A stretch of 37,506 bases of DNA, taken from a virus (taxonomy: Duplodnaviria; Caudoviricetes). A model generated the notes under the pieces. It was not told the DNA's origin. It did not search any database and saw nothing but the letters and a program-made list of their open reading frames with translations. Where the stretch lies: positions 1-37,506 of the IMG/VR virus record IMGVR_UViG_3300039918_000045, one strand, 5' to 3'. Positions 16,834 to 26,101 of the stretch are shown here, in pieces; within the stretch, counting starts at the first letter, position 1, and every line of letters begins with the position of its first letter. Position numbers and translations under genes: made by a program.

Positions 16834-16870
16834 CCAAAAATGCTTTACGCACGAGCCATATTGGTATAGT
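16832..16870 (+). promoter_or_regulatory. Extended -10 promoter with a degenerate operator pair upstream of the capsid gene
   Basis: TGGTATAGT 16862-16870. AGCCAAAAATGCTT 16832-16845 and AGCCATATTGGTAT 16854-16867, 22 bp apart. Confidence 0.6.
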
Positions 16871-16875
16871 GCGAT

Positions 16876-17148
16876 TGCCTTACCGCGACAGGTGAGGGCG
16901 AGCAGTCGAGGAAAAGCCGCGTGTAACTGAAGTCACGCCCCAGCCAGGCAGCCCGCCCGTCACCAGTCGCACCCACACCTCAATTGTCGCTGTATCGCCG
17001 GGGTCGCGTCCGGTAGCGCAGTCGATGAAGGCCAAAGTCGCAGAAGCCGAGCGTCGCGCACGGCAGGCCCGAGTCGAGAACATTCGGCCTTGCGTCCCGA
17101 AACGGTGTGAGCAGGAGAGCGAACCCTACTCATATTCCGGAGCGACAT
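16876..17148 (+). ncRNA. Putative structured 5' leader of the major capsid gene
   Basis: About 270 nt without a credible ORF. Several hairpins and periodic GTCG boxes. Confidence 0.5.
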
Positions 17149-18195
17149 ATGCCCATTTCCGCCCCCGACCTTGCCTATCTGGGCAAGGTTTCCCTCGACG
17201 AATACATGCGTAACACTCCGGTCGATCAGATCGGCGTGGAGCATCCCCTGCTGAAGAAGCTGATGAGCAAGCGAAAGCTGTTCCTCGGCGCGAAGCAGAA
17301 CGTCGTCGTGAACATCCGCAAGTCGTACGACAGCAACTTCGCCTGGGCGTACGGTGAATCCGCAGTGTCGTTCAACAAGCGCCAGACGACCGAGCAGGCC
17401 GCATTCCCGTGGCGCCGGGCCGTGGATGGCTTCTACATCCCGCACGACACGCTGTTCGGCAACGGCATCAAGGTTCGCGAAGGCGAGCGTGGTCAGTTCA
17501 AGCTGGAGCAAAACGAGAAGGTCCAACTGCTGAACCTGCTCGACGAGCAGATGGAGTCGTTCAAGCTGGGCTTCTTCGAGAAGCTGGACCTAGAACTGCA
17601 CCGCAACGGCACGGCTTCGACCGACGCTGTGACCGGCCTCGATGGCCTGATCACCACCGCGCCGGCGACCGGTACCGTCGGCGGCCTTGACCGCGCGACT
17701 GCCACCTACTGGCGCAACAACGCCGCGACGGCCATCGCCTCGGGCACGGCCGGTGCGCTGGCCGACGCCATGGAAAAGCAGTGGCGCGCCTGTATCCGCA
17801 ACGGCGGCACGCCCGACTTCATCCTGGCCGGCTCGGACTTCATCGACGCGTATCGCAAGATCGTGACGCTGACGCAGAACACCGACGCGGGCAAGGCGAA
17901 GACGATCGATGCTGGCGTCGGCACTGGTGCTGACACGGGCCTGTTCTACAAGGGCGTGCCCATGGTGTGGGATCCGAACTTCTCGACGCTCGACGCACTC
18001 GACGCGCCGACGATCCCGTGGGAGAAGCGTTGCTACTTCCTCAACACGAAGCATATCGAGCTGCGCGACGACGACATGGACATCGTGACGCCGACCCGCC
18101 CGTACAACATCCTGGCGCTGTACCAGATGATCAACCTGCGCCTCGCCCTGGTGCTGAAGCGTTCCAACGCGCATTCGGTGCTGTCCATCGCTTGA
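17149..18195 (+). CDS. Major capsid protein
   Basis: 348 aa after the scaffold with strongly biased codon usage. GLDGL..TGTVGGLDRA...YWRN motif and a downstream terminator. GGAG RBS before ATG 17149. Confidence 0.92.
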   Translation: MPISAPDLAYLGKVSLDEYMRNTPVDQIGVEHPLLKKLMSKRKLFLGAKQNVVVNIRKSYDSNFAWAYGESAVSFNKRQTTEQAAFPWRRAVDGFYIPHDTLFGNGIKVREGERGQFKLEQNEKVQLLNLLDEQMESFKLGFFEKLDLELHRNGTASTDAVTGLDGLITTAPATGTVGGLDRATATYWRNNAATAIASGTAGALADAMEKQWRACIRNGGTPDFILAGSDFIDAYRKIVTLTQNTDAGKAKTIDAGVGTGADTGLFYKGVPMVWDPNFSTLDALDAPTIPWEKRCYFLNTKHIELRDDDMDIVTPTRPYNILALYQMINLRLALVLKRSNAHSVLSIA

Positions 18196-18202
18196 TCCTC
18201 GC

Positions 18203-18257
18203 GGTCGTCGAAAGGCGACCTTTACCCGGCTGGCCGAAAGGCTGGTCGGGCTTTTCT
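18203..18257 (+). terminator. Tandem GAAA-capped hairpins, the second an intrinsic terminator
   Basis: GGTCGTC-GAAA-GGCGACC 18203-18220, then CCCGGCTGGCC-GAAA-GGCTGGTCGGG 18225-18250 followed by CTTTTCT. Confidence 0.8.
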
Positions 18258-18287
18258 CCAGATTCGTACAACACGTCGAGGTAACAG

Positions 18288-18665
18288 ATGCCCAAGCTCT
18301 CCGTTTATTCCGTTGTCGTCCGCCGTGACGCCAGCACGTCCACCCCGGTCGAGGTGCCCGAGCACGAGATCGCTATCCTGCAAACGATCTTCGGCGAGGA
18401 GCACGTTCACAACCTGCGCCACCAATCGATAGCCGATGCCGGCCTGACCGATGACGACATCGTGGGGGAACTGGAGTTCGGCGACGGTGAATTCGATCGC
18501 CTGGCTGCCAAGTACGGCGGCAATGACGAAGGTCTGATTGTCGAGCAGGTCTTCGGAAAGAAGGCGACCAAGGGTCTCGAAACCGCCATGGCCGCCACCG
18601 GCAAGCCCAAGAAGAAGGGCGCCGCAGGCAAGGCGAGCCAGGCCGCCGAGAACGACCCGCAGTAA
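18288..18665 (+). CDS. Hypothetical virion-associated protein
   Basis: GAGG RBS, position after the capsid gene. Confidence 0.75.
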   Translation: MPKLSVYSVVVRRDASTSTPVEVPEHEIAILQTIFGEEHVHNLRHQSIADAGLTDDDIVGELEFGDGEFDRLAAKYGGNDEGLIVEQVFGKKATKGLETAMAATGKPKKKGAAGKASQAAENDPQ

Positions 18666-18693
18666 CCAGTAATCCATATAGGAGCGCGCGAGA

Positions 18694-20253
18694 ATGCCGC
18701 AGCCGCCCAAGTACCAGCGCACCAAGGACTTCACCGTCGACTACGGTGATAACACCGACCACAATGCGCTGAATGCTGAACTCGACTCGGCTGCGGCCTC
18801 GATCAATGCGATCCGCACGAATCTGGCGTTGCTGCAGCGCGACGACGGCAAGCTGAAGCAAGGAGTCGTCACGGCTGATTCCGTGTCGCAGGACTTTCTC
18901 GACGAGATCAGCGCCGACGTCGTGACAGAGGTGCAGGGCTACGCGTCGGACGCGCAGGCGTCTGCCGTTTCCGCCAACGCTGCGGCCGCGACATCGGTAT
19001 CGGCGTCGAACACCGCTGTCACAGCGCGGGATACCGCGGTGACCAGTTCCAATACCGCGGCCCTGGCTTCGCAGTCTGCCGCCGCGAGCGCCGCTGCCGC
19101 GCAGACGTCGCAAACCGACGCCGCCGCGTCCAAGGCCGCAGCCGCCGCATCGCAGGGCGCGGCCGGTACGTCTGCGACCAATGCGGCCGCTTCTGCCACA
19201 GCGGCCGGCAACAGCGCCACCACCGCCACAACGCAGGCTGGCATCGCAACCACGAAGGCAGGCGAGGCATCCGCTAGTGCCGCCAGCGCGGCTGCGTCGC
19301 TGAACGACCTGAAGGGCCGGTATTACGGCCCCCTGGCATCGGATCCGACGCTCGATCCGAACGGCAACCCGGTCGACAACGGCGACCTGTATGCCAACAC
19401 GACGACTGGGGAGCTGCGCCGCTACAACGGTACCGCGTGGGTCACGGCCTTTGGCGGGATCCCGAACGACGGCACGGTCACGATGTCGAAGCTCGCGGCG
19501 GATGTGACGGCGAAGCTCGGCAAGAACCGGATCATCAACGGAAACTTCCGGATTAACCAGCGCGCCGTGGCCGGCACCGTGACTTTGCCCGCGGGCACCT
19601 ATGGGCACGACCGATTCAAGGCTGGCGCTGCGGGCTGCACATACACCTTCGTGGCGTCCGGAAGCAGCGTCGTGATCACGATCACCGCAGGTTCGCTGAT
19701 GCAGGTGATCGAGGACGTGAATATCGAAGGCGGCGCCTACGCTCTCTCGCACGAGGGCACGGCTAATGCGCGCATGGCGATCAACGGCGCGGCCACCAGC
19801 GGCGCGTATGCGCCAGCGACGAAGGCTTCGCCCCTCACTACCGCGGTGGCGAACGCAAACCAGTCGATCACCGTCGAGTTCTCCACCGGCACGGTCTCGC
19901 GCGTGCAACTGGAGCCAGGGTTGGCGGCCACAGGGTATGACTTTCGTCCGCCCCCGTACGAGCTATGGCTTGCCCAGCGATACGTCGAGTACGTCAACAT
20001 CACGAACACTGTCGCTGGCGTCTATGCGTCCGGCTTCTGCGCTGTGGCGCACGTGAGTTTCAAGAACACCAAGCGCACGACACCATCGGCCGCGATCACC
20101 ACGGCGCCGACCGGCACGGGCATCGCGAACATCGGCTTCTCGGGGAATGCGTACCCGTCGCTCGACCAGTGCGGCTTTGCGTTCACGACGACATCGCCGG
20201 TGGGCACGAACGGCTTCGTGTCGTTCGCCGCCGCGTTTAGTTCCGAGATCTAA
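18694..20253 (+). CDS. Tail fibre protein
   Basis: Attachment N-terminus and Ala/Ser/Thr-rich shaft. NRIINGNFRINQR and VQLEPG..AT.YDFRP...EL..AQRY distal motifs. Confidence 0.88.
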   Translation: MPQPPKYQRTKDFTVDYGDNTDHNALNAELDSAAASINAIRTNLALLQRDDGKLKQGVVTADSVSQDFLDEISADVVTEVQGYASDAQASAVSANAAAATSVSASNTAVTARDTAVTSSNTAALASQSAAASAAAAQTSQTDAAASKAAAAASQGAAGTSATNAAASATAAGNSATTATTQAGIATTKAGEASASAASAAASLNDLKGRYYGPLASDPTLDPNGNPVDNGDLYANTTTGELRRYNGTAWVTAFGGIPNDGTVTMSKLAADVTAKLGKNRIINGNFRINQRAVAGTVTLPAGTYGHDRFKAGAAGCTYTFVASGSSVVITITAGSLMQVIEDVNIEGGAYALSHEGTANARMAINGAATSGAYAPATKASPLTTAVANANQSITVEFSTGTVSRVQLEPGLAATGYDFRPPPYELWLAQRYVEYVNITNTVAGVYASGFCAVAHVSFKNTKRTTPSAAITTAPTGTGIANIGFSGNAYPSLDQCGFAFTTTSPVGTNGFVSFAAAFSSEI

Positions 20254-20263
20254 AGGGGCGACC

Positions 20264-20776
20264 ATGTACCAGAAGCAGGCCGACCAAGATGGCAACTGCA
20301 TCAGCATCCTGCGCACGGCCGACAGCACGTGCATCCCGCTCGACGAAGGGAACAGGGACTATCAGGGCTATCTCGCCTGGGTGGGTGCAGGCAACACGCC
20401 GACCGAAGACCCGAATTTCAGCATCGCCGGCCTGAGGGCCCGGAAGAACGAGCAGATCAATCGGTGGCGTCTCAAAGCAAACCGCAGCACGTTCATCCAT
20501 GGCGGACACCAGTTCGCGTGCGATGACCTCAGCCGCAGCGACATCGACGGCACGACGAATACGGTCTTGCTGACCGGGCAATTTCCGCAACCGTGGCCCG
20601 GCTACTGGAAGGCGATCGACAACACGCAATTTGCGATCACGACGGTCGATGACTGGAGCGCATTCTACGCCAGCATGGGCGCCGCCGGGGCCGCGAACTT
20701 CGCAAAGTCGCAGGGGCTGAAGGCGCAGCTTGCAGCCGCCACCACGATCGAGCAGATCAACGCAATCACCTGGTAA
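20264..20776 (+). CDS. Tail fibre assembly protein (DUF4376-like)
   Basis: IPLDEGNRDYQ.YLAWV..GNTP N-terminus, and WKAIDN...AATTIEQINAITW C-terminus. Confidence 0.8.
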   Translation: MYQKQADQDGNCISILRTADSTCIPLDEGNRDYQGYLAWVGAGNTPTEDPNFSIAGLRARKNEQINRWRLKANRSTFIHGGHQFACDDLSRSDIDGTTNTVLLTGQFPQPWPGYWKAIDNTQFAITTVDDWSAFYASMGAAGAANFAKSQGLKAQLAAATTIEQINAITW

Positions 20777-20785
20777 GGGGAGTCG

Positions 20786-21229
20786 ATGCGCGTCGCATTC
20801 TACAAGGGGACACGGCCTGGCATCGCCGGGATCTATAGCCGCATCACGCGACTGTGGATGCGCGGCCCGTACTCGCACTGCGAAGTGGTTTTCTCCGACG
20901 GCATGGCCGCATCGTCGTCGTTTGAAGATGGCGGCGTGCGCTTCAAGGCCATCGACTTCGATCCAGTCCGTTGGGATCTGGTCGATCTGCGGGGGTTCGA
21001 CGAGGCGGCGGCGCGCGAATGGTTCACCGCGCACGAGGGCCAGGCATACGACCTCTTTGGCCTGGTCGGCTTCGTCATGCGCCCGTTCACAGGGGGCAAA
21101 CGCAACTGGGTGTGCTCCGAGTCCGTGGCGGCCGCGCTCCAGTATGCGGACGGCTGGCGCTTTGATCCGAATGCGCTGTATGCCGTGCTGACCCGCGCAC
21201 AGGCCAAAAGTCCGGCCGCGGTGTCGTGA
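20786..21229 (+). CDS. Permuted NlpC/P60 papain-like hydrolase
   Basis: His before Cys: YSHCEV ... YD ... WVCSE. Confidence 0.75.
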   Translation: MRVAFYKGTRPGIAGIYSRITRLWMRGPYSHCEVVFSDGMAASSSFEDGGVRFKAIDFDPVRWDLVDLRGFDEAAAREWFTAHEGQAYDLFGLVGFVMRPFTGGKRNWVCSESVAAALQYADGWRFDPNALYAVLTRAQAKSPAAVS

Positions 21230-21263
21230 CGCACAACAATACTCGAAACAAGGGAAAGGGGTT

Positions 21264-21614
21264 ATGGAGCCGACAACCACCGCAGGCGGAATCCTAGGCG
21301 TGAAGTACGCGACGCTGGTCGCCGGCTTCTTTGGCGGCGTGGCTTCGCTGTCGTACGTACGTGAGCTCACCCGGTCGCAGATGGCGGTCGCGGTCTTCAC
21401 TGGCGCTGTGACGGCGGGCTACATGACGCCGCTGGCAAACAAGTATCTCGGCCTATTCATCGCTACAGGGCCGGAGCTGGAGGGCGCGTGCGCGTTTCTC
21501 ATTGGGGTAACGGCGTTAAACATCATTCCGGGGTTCATTCGTTTGTCCGCCATGTTCAAGAAGAACCCGGCGGGCTTCCTGAAAAACGGAGGCAAGGATG
21601 CTGACCCTAGCTAA
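21264..21614 (+). CDS. Holin (putative)
   Basis: Three hydrophobic segments, VAGFFGG and AFLIG motifs, charged C-terminus. Confidence 0.7.
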   Translation: MEPTTTAGGILGVKYATLVAGFFGGVASLSYVRELTRSQMAVAVFTGAVTAGYMTPLANKYLGLFIATGPELEGACAFLIGVTALNIIPGFIRLSAMFKKNPAGFLKNGGKDADPS

Positions 21615-21870
21615 CGCACTGTTTGCGGCAATCATCGTGTGGCATTCGCTGACTGTGCTCAACGCTATGAGCCGGTCCACGGCCATGGTGCCGCGCATCG
21701 GCTTCGTGCTGATGGCTGGCGGCGCGTTCTCTTTCCTGCTGGCGCCGTTCTACAAGGCGCCGGCGCCAGATCTCGGCACTGTGATGATGACGGCGGGCGT
21801 CGCCGTCTGGTGCCTGTATCGTTCGTATCGGAGGAAGCATGGCGCAGCCAACCGCGTACACACGCACTAA
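21598..21870 (+). CDS. Second membrane protein (holin or antiholin)
   Basis: Three hydrophobic segments and basic tail RSYRRKH. Overlaps the holin. GGAGG/AAGG upstream. Confidence 0.65.
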   Translation: MLTLANALFAAIIVWHSLTVLNAMSRSTAMVPRIGFVLMAGGAFSFLLAPFYKAPAPDLGTVMMTAGVAVWCLYRSYRRKHGAANRVHTH

Positions 21871-22846
21871 GAACTTCCTCAACAACAATCCGGATCGCAC
21901 CGACCACGGGGCAATCAACGCCGAGCTCGACGCGGTTTCGCTGACGACCGGCCAGATCCGCGAGAACCTGGCGCTGATTCAGGCTGACGACGGTTCACTG
22001 GCACCGCACTCGGTCGGCATCAACCAGCTTACGGCGGAGGCCGCTACGCTGCTCGGTACGCCCGGCCCACCAGGCGCACAAGGCGTGCAGGGTGTCGCCG
22101 GTCCCCAGGGGGCGACCGGCCCACAGGGCGCCGTCGGCGCGACATTCGACGCTAACGTGCGGGATGTGGCCGCGAATCGGTCGCTGTATGACACGCAGCC
22201 AAAGGGCTTTTCGTTCCTTGCCATCGATACCGGCAAGATGTACTTCAAGCTGACGAACGCGTCCGGCAACTGGTCGAGCGCGTTCGACTTCGGCATTGGC
22301 CCAGTGGGTCCGCAAGGTGCTACGGGCCCCCAAGGGGCTACGGGCTCGCAGGGTCTGCAAGGCCCCCAAGGTCTCCAAGGGATAACGGGCGCCACTGGCG
22401 CCACCGGCCCGGCGGGTGCGGTCGACTACGGCATCGCGATCCGCAAGGACACGTCCAGTGCGCAGTCGATGGTGGGGCAACTGCAAAGCCCGTCCTTCGT
22501 GTCGAAGCAGTTCTCCAGCGCGCCGGAGTATCGCTTCGAAGGCTTCACGCTGAAGATGATCCCGAGCGGCGAACGTATTCGCGCATCGCTCACGGATGGT
22601 TCGCAGAAGCGGGACTACGAGGCTCGCGCCTTCTATTCAGACGGCGCAGCGGCTGGCAACACCGGCTACAAGCTGGCGAACGGTACCGACATCGGTACGC
22701 TGTTCGACCCGGCTGGATCGGCGGCAGCCAAGCTCGATACGGTCGACACCGTCACGAAGACCGCCTCTCTGACTGGGAAGACGTCGGTCTCGGTAACGCT
22801 TGTGCGCACCGGCAACCAGATCTCCATTCAACTGACGACGGCATGA
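21839..22846 (+). CDS. Collagen-like second tail fibre or whisker
   Basis: N-terminus paralogous to 18694. Two G-X-Y runs at about 22055-22141 and 22298-22423. Confidence 0.8.
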   Translation: MAQPTAYTRTKNFLNNNPDRTDHGAINAELDAVSLTTGQIRENLALIQADDGSLAPHSVGINQLTAEAATLLGTPGPPGAQGVQGVAGPQGATGPQGAVGATFDANVRDVAANRSLYDTQPKGFSFLAIDTGKMYFKLTNASGNWSSAFDFGIGPVGPQGATGPQGATGSQGLQGPQGLQGITGATGATGPAGAVDYGIAIRKDTSSAQSMVGQLQSPSFVSKQFSSAPEYRFEGFTLKMIPSGERIRASLTDGSQKRDYEARAFYSDGAAAGNTGYKLANGTDIGTLFDPAGSAAAKLDTVDTVTKTASLTGKTSVSVTLVRTGNQISIQLTTA

Positions 22847-23550
22847 GCGGACTCCAATCTCGCTACAAGACACTCGGACAACTGCGCACCGATCTTCGGA
22901 TCCGCCTCGGCTTCATCGCGCAGGGCCCGGCCGCCGCGAACAATCAGGCGACGCTCGACTCGTTCCTGCAGGAAGCGCACGACTATGTCTACGGGGAACT
23001 GAACCCTTCGCCAGCGCGGCACAAGTCGATCATCCAGCTTCAGCCGGGCGAAGTGGCGTACGACTATCACGACGATATTCTCGACGAGGACATCGACCCT
23101 GGCAACATTATCTCAGTGTGGGTGAAGATCAGCGACACGATTCGCCAGGAACTCGCGCAGGGGATAACGGAATACGACCGCTCGATGGCGGACTTCCGTT
23201 CGTGGCCGGAACGGTACGACACACTTGCCGGGCAGATTGAGCTTTACCCGGTCCCTGATCAGGCGTACGACCTGATAATCGAGCACATCCGCCTTCAGGG
23301 GCGATTCGAGCAGGATGCAGACCGCCCGAGCGTGCCGCATCGCTTGGTGTTTCAGTACGCGCTCGCAAACGCAAAGGCGCACTACCGGCACCCGGACGCC
23401 CAGGCCGCAGCAACCACGTTCACGAACATGCTGGCGCGCGAGAAGGGCAAGCAGCACGAGGGGCGCCGCTACATCAAGCCGACCGGTGCCGCGGAGTTGT
23501 GCGAGCCGCAAGTCGTGCTTACCGCCGGCGGCTACCGGCTGAGGACCTGA
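22843..23550 (+). CDS. Head-tail adaptor (podovirus tail tubular protein)
   Basis: TLGQLR..LR N-terminus and IELYPVPDQAY motif. Position before the nozzle gene. Confidence 0.7.
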   Translation: MSGLQSRYKTLGQLRTDLRIRLGFIAQGPAAANNQATLDSFLQEAHDYVYGELNPSPARHKSIIQLQPGEVAYDYHDDILDEDIDPGNIISVWVKISDTIRQELAQGITEYDRSMADFRSWPERYDTLAGQIELYPVPDQAYDLIIEHIRLQGRFEQDADRPSVPHRLVFQYALANAKAHYRHPDAQAAATTFTNMLAREKGKQHEGRRYIKPTGAAELCEPQVVLTAGGYRLRT

Positions 23551-23551
23551 C

Positions 23552-24949
23552 ATGGGTTCGATCACTTTTGATCGCTTCGACCTCGGCATCGATCTGCGCA
23601 AGGGCGCCAGCGTCTCGGACGCGAACCGCCTGCGCGAGATGATGAACGCGTACGTGACGACCGGTCTCGCCACGCAGAAGCGGCCCGGACTGGTAAAGGT
23701 CACGACGCTGGAGCCAGGCACGAAGGGCCTGTTCCCTGCATTTGGCAAGCTGCACACGTTCTACGGGGTCGGGACGATCGTCCACGCAGACAGCCGTTTT
23801 CAGGCGAACAAGACTCTCTACTACTCGGGTGAGCAGCGCGCCGTGCTTGACGTCCAGTTTGCGGACGTGTTCAACGGCTATATCTATGCCTCCATCATGT
23901 ATGACAACCGGGACGTGCGGCACCATTACCTCGACGGTACGGCCGACTCCGGTATCGTTGACGCGAATTGCCCGCACAGTTCCCAAGTGCTGAAGCTTGC
24001 GTCCAAGATCTACGCCGCCTCGCGGTCTGGCGACATTGTCCGCTACAGCAAAACGGGCAACCCGCGCGACTGGTCGACGATCAATGACGCCGGGTTTTTG
24101 CCCACTGGGCTGAATGCGCGAGGCGACCGCGCTACCAACGCCCTAGGCGTGTATCAGAACAAGCTCGTCGCGCTGGCCCGGGATGGATCGCAGGTGTGGT
24201 TCGTGGACCCGGATCCCAGTGCGAACAAATTGGAAGACATCGTCGAGAACGTGGGCACGTCCTATCCGCGGACGGTAGCGACCGTGGCCGGCGATCTGTA
24301 CTTCCTATCGGACTTCGGCTTTCGCTCGATCACGACGCTGCAACTGGTGTCGAAGCTGGCCGACGTGGACATCGGTTCTCCGATCGACTCTATCGTGAGG
24401 CCTGCGACCAAGAACAGCGGCTATGTGCCGCGCGCCGCCTACTACTACGGAACCGGCCAGTATGTGTGTGCAATTGGCGAGCAGCTTTTTGTGTACTCGA
24501 TATCGCGCACAGCCAAGGTGGCCGCCTGGTCGCGCTACATCCTGCCGTTTCCGGTTGACGCGCTCGCCGAGCTGCAGGGCGTGCTCTACATCCGCGCTGG
24601 CGACAACATCTACCAGCTGAGCGACGCGGTCAGCGCGGACGACGGGCAGCCGTTCGAAGTGATGCTCGAACTGCCGTACATGGACTTTAAGAGCCCGGGC
24701 CAGACGAAGCGCGTCTACGGCGTGGATCTGGTCATGGAAGGCCAATGCGATTTCTCGATCGCTTTCGATGTCAGAAATCCGGACGCCTACACACCGCCCG
24801 TTACAGTTCGTGGCAACACCCGTGGTGGCGGCGTTATTCCGATCGAATGCGCCGGCACGGAATTCTCGCTGCGCTTCCGCAACTTCGATAACAAGCCCTT
24901 CAGGCTGGATGCGGTGACGGTCTACTACGACAACCTGGGCGCCATATGA
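23552..24949 (+). CDS. Tail nozzle/hub protein (P22 gp10-like beta-propeller)
   Basis: KRPG near the N-terminus, beta-rich 465 aa, AWS motif, podovirus synteny. Confidence 0.75.
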   Translation: MGSITFDRFDLGIDLRKGASVSDANRLREMMNAYVTTGLATQKRPGLVKVTTLEPGTKGLFPAFGKLHTFYGVGTIVHADSRFQANKTLYYSGEQRAVLDVQFADVFNGYIYASIMYDNRDVRHHYLDGTADSGIVDANCPHSSQVLKLASKIYAASRSGDIVRYSKTGNPRDWSTINDAGFLPTGLNARGDRATNALGVYQNKLVALARDGSQVWFVDPDPSANKLEDIVENVGTSYPRTVATVAGDLYFLSDFGFRSITTLQLVSKLADVDIGSPIDSIVRPATKNSGYVPRAAYYYGTGQYVCAIGEQLFVYSISRTAKVAAWSRYILPFPVDALAELQGVLYIRAGDNIYQLSDAVSADDGQPFEVMLELPYMDFKSPGQTKRVYGVDLVMEGQCDFSIAFDVRNPDAYTPPVTVRGNTRGGGVIPIECAGTEFSLRFRNFDNKPFRLDAVTVYYDNLGAI

Positions 24950-25362
24950 AAGTGCTGTTCCTCAATTCCCCGCAGCTCGTCGAGGAGCACTTCGAGAGGG
25001 CCGCGCCGTTGCTGGCGCAAGTGATCGCTGAGGCGGCGCATGGGGAATTCACTATCGCGGATCTCCGCGCCATGGCGCTCGACGGTCGGGTGATCGTCTG
25101 CATCGTCGAGGACGACGACGGGGTGCGGGTGGCGGGCGCTATCGAATTTAAGCATTACCCGCAGATTCTGGCGCTGAACATCATGGCCGTGGCCGGCCGC
25201 GACTTTGTGGACATCGCCGCGGACCTGCTAGCTCCGCTGTGCGAGGTGGGGCGAGCAGCCGGCGCCACCGTTATCGAAGCGTCGTGCTCGCCGGCGATGG
25301 CGCGCCTTCTCGCTCAATACAGTTTCGCGGACACCTATCGCGTGGTCCGGCTTGCTTTGTGA
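24946..25362 (+). CDS. GNAT-like virion assembly protein (P22 gp14 position)
   Basis: LNIMAVAG...GRAAGATVIEA pattern, located between nozzle and ejection genes. Confidence 0.6.
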   Translation: MKVLFLNSPQLVEEHFERAAPLLAQVIAEAAHGEFTIADLRAMALDGRVIVCIVEDDDGVRVAGAIEFKHYPQILALNIMAVAGRDFVDIAADLLAPLCEVGRAAGATVIEASCSPAMARLLAQYSFADTYRVVRLAL

Positions 25363-25369
25363 GGTGACT

Positions 25370-26092
25370 ATGAACCGTGACGACTTGAATGCCCAGCTTT
25401 CTTCCGAGTTCGGCGGCCCGGCGATCGACGCATGGCCGACCCGGCCGGGTGGGCGTTTGCGTCCACACAAGGGCGGCGATGGTGGCGCGGCCCAGGCCAA
25501 GCAGCAGGAAGACGATCGCCAGGCGCGCATTAAGGCGGCAGTCGACACAATCAACTCTGTGTTCGATGGCAATGGCGGTCGGGACTCAATGTATGCCGAC
25601 CAGAAACAGGCCGTCACGGACCTGAATCGCCGCGAGGTGGACCGACAGTACACGGAAGCCGAGCGGGCCAACCGCTTCGCCCTGGCGCGCAACGGTCTGC
25701 TTGGTGGCTCGGCCGACGTCGATAGCAATGCCGACCTGCAGCGTCGCACGAATGAGGGCATTGCGCAGGCGGTTGCACTTGGCGACCAGGCAGGCGCGGA
25801 TCTCCGCACGTCCGACGAACGCACCAGGCAGAGCCTGATCTCGATGGCCCAGTCGGGTATCGACACCGGGACGGCGCAGCAGACCGCGCTTGCGGGCCTG
25901 AATGCAAACTCGCAGGCGGCAGCCGGTGCGCGCGGCGGCGCGACGGTCGGGAATCTGTTCAGCGATCTGTCGCAGGCATATCTCGCGAATCAGGTTGCCG
26001 CCGGACGTGCTGCTGCTCCAGGGATGACGGGGCAACAGTGGTTTGGTGTTTCGGATCCGCGTAGCGGGTCGAATGGCTCTACCTCTCGGTAA
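25370..26092 (+). CDS. Ejection (DNA injection) protein 1
   Basis: GAGGTG RBS, Gly/Ala/Gln-rich, LARNGLLGGS. Leader ends in PHKGG. Confidence 0.7.
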   Translation: MNRDDLNAQLSSEFGGPAIDAWPTRPGGRLRPHKGGDGGAAQAKQQEDDRQARIKAAVDTINSVFDGNGGRDSMYADQKQAVTDLNRREVDRQYTEAERANRFALARNGLLGGSADVDSNADLQRRTNEGIAQAVALGDQAGADLRTSDERTRQSLISMAQSGIDTGTAQQTALAGLNANSQAAAGARGGATVGNLFSDLSQAYLANQVAAGRAAAPGMTGQQWFGVSDPRSGSNGSTSR

Positions 26093-26101
26093 GGAGTCCC
26101 G

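Noticed and set aside
16960-17100. GTCG array read as a mini-CRISPR or TIGR array
   Set aside because: Conserved core is only 4-6 nt, spacing is irregular (16-20 nt), and there is no cas or Nop-domain gene. Kept only as a structured leader.
17025-17213. 62-aa ORF in the capsid leader
   Set aside because: No RBS, overlaps the capsid start, and the sequence is better explained by RNA structure.
18694-20253. Diversity-generating retroelement or invertible tail-fibre segment
   Set aside because: No reverse transcriptase, invertase, template repeat or flanking inverted repeats seen in the window.
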